In this document: piece by piece, positions 61,363 to 64,000 of the stretch | Numbering within the stretch: position 1 is the stretch's first letter | How the letters are laid out: every line of letters begins with the position of its first letter | From: a virus | Taxonomy: Duplodnaviria; Caudoviricetes | Virus record (IMG/VR): IMGVR_UViG_3300037515_000879 | Span: 18,258-82,257 of that record | Direction: 5' to 3' (one strand) | DNA length: 64,000 bases | Notes under the pieces: generated by a model | The model's database searches: none | What the model saw: only the letters and a program-made list of their open reading frames with translations | Told to the model about the DNA's origin: nothing | Program-made: the position numbers and the translations under genes

Positions 61363-64000
61363 ACTGGTGGTTTTTGACAGTTAAAAGTTACAACATATTT
61401 TTTATTTTGATTATAAACAATAATGTATTTGAATCCTTTGTTGTGGTTTATAACAAATTTAGGATTTTCGTTGTAAATAATTTTATATTGACAATAATCT
61501 GGTTTATCGCTTTCATTTAAAATACCATAAACAAATGATTTTCCATATGAAGATCCAGATAAAGATCCTTTGGCAATCAATGTTCCGGTAACATCTGAAA
61601 GACCATTTGATTGACCATATATTTTTTCATTGGAATCATTTAATGTTCCTGATACTGTTGCAAAGCCATTTGAAACACCTTCAGTAGATGTTATAGCTTT
61701 TAATATTCCTGATACTGTTGCAATTCCGCTTAAAGTTCCAAGCATGGAATTCTTATAAAAATCTCCAAATACGTTTGATTGTCCATTAATACTTCCAATA
61801 AGATTTCCTTTTCCTTTTAAAACAGCTTGAAGAGCTGAATATGAATTGGAAACTCCTTTTGTTTTGCCATTGTATATCAATAGTCCATTGACCGTTGTCA
61901 TACCATTTGAGGTTCCTTCAATATTGTGTTTTGGAATCAATAAAGCTTGAAGAATTGAAGTGCCATCAGATGTTCCCTCAAGAGACCCTTTGTCTGTTAA
62001 AACACCTGAAACGGTTGCAAATCCACTGGAAACGCCAAATATCACTGTTGCGCTTCCTGAGTCATAAAGAAAACCTTGGATAGTTGCAAAACCATTTGAT
62101 ACTCCTTCAAGCGAACCTTTGGCCGTTAATGTTCCCTGAACCATAGCAGAGCCGTTTGATTCCCCACCTATTGTATTGGTAATAAGAATTCCGTTTATTG
62201 TAACTTGTCCAGAAATGATGCCCAATAAAGACCCTATTCCAGACAATATTCCATCTAAACTGGAAATAGCATTTATTGTTCCTTCTAATTTGACAATAGC
62301 CGTTAATTCTCCTAAAAGTATTGTGGAAGCATTTGATATTCCATTAATGGATCCTTTGGCTATAAGTGTTCCAGAAACAACAGCAATACCATTTGAAGAT
62401 CCTTCAACAGTTGGTTGTAACAATTGACCTAAAATTGTTGCGGCACCATTTAAAGAACCTTCAAGGTTTCCTGTTCCTGTCAATACACCCTGAACTACTG
62501 CAACACCATTGGATTGGCTTTCAATAGGGGCAAGGGCCATTAAAATACCATCCAAGGAAACAAGACCATTTGAAGAACCTTCAATATTGCCCTTAGCTGT
62601 TAATATACCAGATACGGTGGCAACACCGTTGGATGCTCCAAATATTATATTTGAAAATAAAATTCCTTGGATTGTAGATGCTCCATTGGATACTCCTTCA
62701 AGCTTTCCAATGGCAGTAAGTAGTCCTTCGACGACGGAAGACCCATTGATAATTATTTGTATATTTCCATAAGCTATAATTTGGCCCTCGGTGGTTGATT
62801 CTCCATTGGAAATCCCAATTAAAGAGCCTAAACCTTTAAGAAATATTTCAGTATAATATTCTTGATCGAATGAGATAAATTCTGAATCCCAACTAATTTT
62901 ATCAGAATCAAAAGAAATAAATATTATTTCACCAATAATTCCAGTTCCATTGGAAATTCCAATTAAAAATCCTTTTGCTGTAAGAATTCCCGAAGAAGAC
63001 GAAGAAGCATTTACAATTCCAAATATTGGTTCAAACGAACCGCTTTCTATAAGAACACCATTAATTATTGCAATACCATTGCTTTCTCCATTAAGATTAC
63101 CAATTCCTTTAAGTATTCCTAAAAGTGAAGCAATACCATTGCATGCTCCTTCAAGATTACCTCTTGCATTTGCTAATCCGTTTATTGTTGATGTGGCATT
63201 AATGCTGCCCTGTAAAATACCTTTTGCGGATAAAATAGCATTGATGGTTGTGATGCCATTGCTTGTTCCATCAATTTGAACAGGGGAAATTGATAAAACA
63301 GCAATAAGAGATGTTGATGCATTGCTTGTTCCATTAAGAGAACCTTTTGCAATTAATGTTCCTGAAATAGATGCAATTCCATTGCTTGTTCCAATAAGGT
63401 CGTTTGGTGGCGTTAAATTAGGATTAGGATACGCAAGCCAATAAGGGTCGTATTCTTCACTAACAAGTTTATTAAAACAAACATCAAATTCAGGTTTAGT
63501 TCCACTTACACCATAATCAGTTCCATCACTTCCATAATTATGATATAATGGGTCAGCTTTCCATAATCCATAAGTGTCATCCCAAGTATGCCAATCATCA
63601 TCTGTGTTTTCATCAGTTCCAACATAAGTAGGATTTGTTCCTGAAATATCGATTTCAGTTATACTTACCCCATTTGCATTATTGGTATTATCTTTATGAA
63701 AAACAAATAGACTATTACCAGATACTCTTAATCCATAGAGTTCATTAAATTTTTTATCTGTAATTGTTGTATTTGTCCATGTAGCCCAAGAATCTCCGTA
63801 ATTATGATGCCAAATATTTAAACCAAAAGCAGGACTAGCATCTGACCTATACATTACCCAATGGTCTCCATCTTCATCTACAAATATATTATTTCCTGAA
63901 TATACTCCACCTGCGTTTGTTACATCTTGTTGGTTAAAAGAAGTAGTATCATTTTGATTTCCGATAGTAGCTGCTCTAATATTAGAAGTGAAAAATATAA
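61350..64000 (-). CDS. Fibre/spike protein with ~17-aa GxSNGxAxxxGxL repeats (5'-truncated by window end)
   Basis: Frame stays open from 63854 to 64000; dozens of tandem repeats. Confidence 0.75.
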   Translation of the reverse strand, partial: IFFTSNIRAATIGNQNDTTSFNQQDVTNAGGVYSGNNIFVDEDGDHWVMYRSDASPAFGLNIWHHNYGDSWATWTNTTITDKKFNELYGLRVSGNSLFVFHKDNTNNANGVSITEIDISGTNPTYVGTDENTDDDWHTWDDTYGLWKADPLYHNYGSDGTDYGVSGTKPEFDVCFNKLVSEEYDPYWLAYPNPNLTPPNDLIGTSNGIASISGTLIAKGSLNGTSNASTSLIAVLSISPVQIDGTSNGITTINAILSAKGILQGSINATSTINGLANARGNLEGACNGIASLLGILKGIGNLNGESNGIAIINGVLIESGSFEPIFGIVNASSSSSGILTAKGFLIGISNGTGIIGEIIFISFDSDKISWDSEFISFDQEYYTEIFLKGLGSLIGISNGESTTEGQIIAYGNIQIIINGSSVVEGLLTAIGKLEGVSNGASTIQGILFSNIIFGASNGVATVSGILTAKGNIEGSSNGLVSLDGILMALAPIESQSNGVAVVQGVLTGTGNLEGSLNGAATILGQLLQPTVEGSSNGIAVVSGTLIAKGSINGISNASTILLGELTAIVKLEGTINAISSLDGILSGIGSLLGIISGQVTINGILITNTIGGESNGSAMVQGTLTAKGSLEGVSNGFATIQGFLYDSGSATVIFGVSSGFATVSGVLTDKGSLEGTSDGTSILQALLIPKHNIEGTSNGMTTVNGLLIYNGKTKGVSNSYSALQAVLKGKGNLIGSINGQSNVFGDFYKNSMLGTLSGIATVSGILKAITSTEGVSNGFATVSGTLNDSNEKIYGQSNGLSDVTGTLIAKGSLSGSSYGKSFVYGILNESDKPDYCQYKIIYNENPKFVINHNKGFKYIIVYNQNKKYVVTFNCQKPPVCKS

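Noticed and set aside
373-63279. Many antisense or overlapping ORFs in the track (e.g. 901-1311+, 12345-12836+, 19447-19905-, 26065-26610-, 27197-27508-, 33885-34223-, 51300-51882+)
   Set aside because: They shadow well-supported genes on the other strand or frame and read as Phe/Ser-rich mirror translations without motifs.
1-64000. Stop-codon reassignment, known from some crAss-like phages
   Set aside because: Large genes, including the 3.8-kaa RNAP, are intact under the standard code, and TAG, TGA and TAA all end genes.
1-64000. Integrase/lysogeny module, diversity-generating retroelement, retron or DNA polymerase
   Set aside because: No tyrosine/serine recombinase, reverse transcriptase or polymerase motifs appear in the translated ORFs; they may lie outside the window.

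Overview
The window is a 64-kb segment of an AT-rich (roughly 30% GC by eye), probably lytic Bacteroidota phage related to crAss-like viruses (Crassvirales). The host is likely a Flavobacteriaceae member, since TAnnTTTG -7 promoter boxes sit upstream of many genes. Layout: 1-13.9 kb (minus) holds a truncated major capsid gene, scaffold-like protein, portal, terminase, GroEL/GroES, Dam methylase and several promoter-short RNA-terminator units. 14.1-36.6 kb (mostly plus) holds early/accessory genes (small membrane proteins, a beta-barrel OMP, RadC, ArdC) and a replication/recombination block (DnaB, two HU-like proteins, SSB-like protein, Dda/RecD-like helicase, 5'-3' exonuclease, PD-(D/E)XK nuclease). 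36.9-64 kb (minus) holds a giant virion RNA polymerase, ejection proteins, tail stabilisation protein, lysis cassette and a repeat fibre running off the window. No integrase, DNA polymerase, tRNA or CRISPR array was seen. Main unexplained structures: (i) an integron-like cassette array at 20.2-21.5 kb, with self-complementary cassette ends, attC-like hairpins and a shared reading frame across the GTT junction; (ii) a likely programmed -1 frameshift giving the SSB-like protein an acidic EDDLPF tail; (iii) repeated ~60-80 nt small-RNA-like units; (iv) duplicated palindrome-plus-hairpin modules that are candidate virion-RNAP early promoters. All family assignments come from motif recognition by eye, not database searches.
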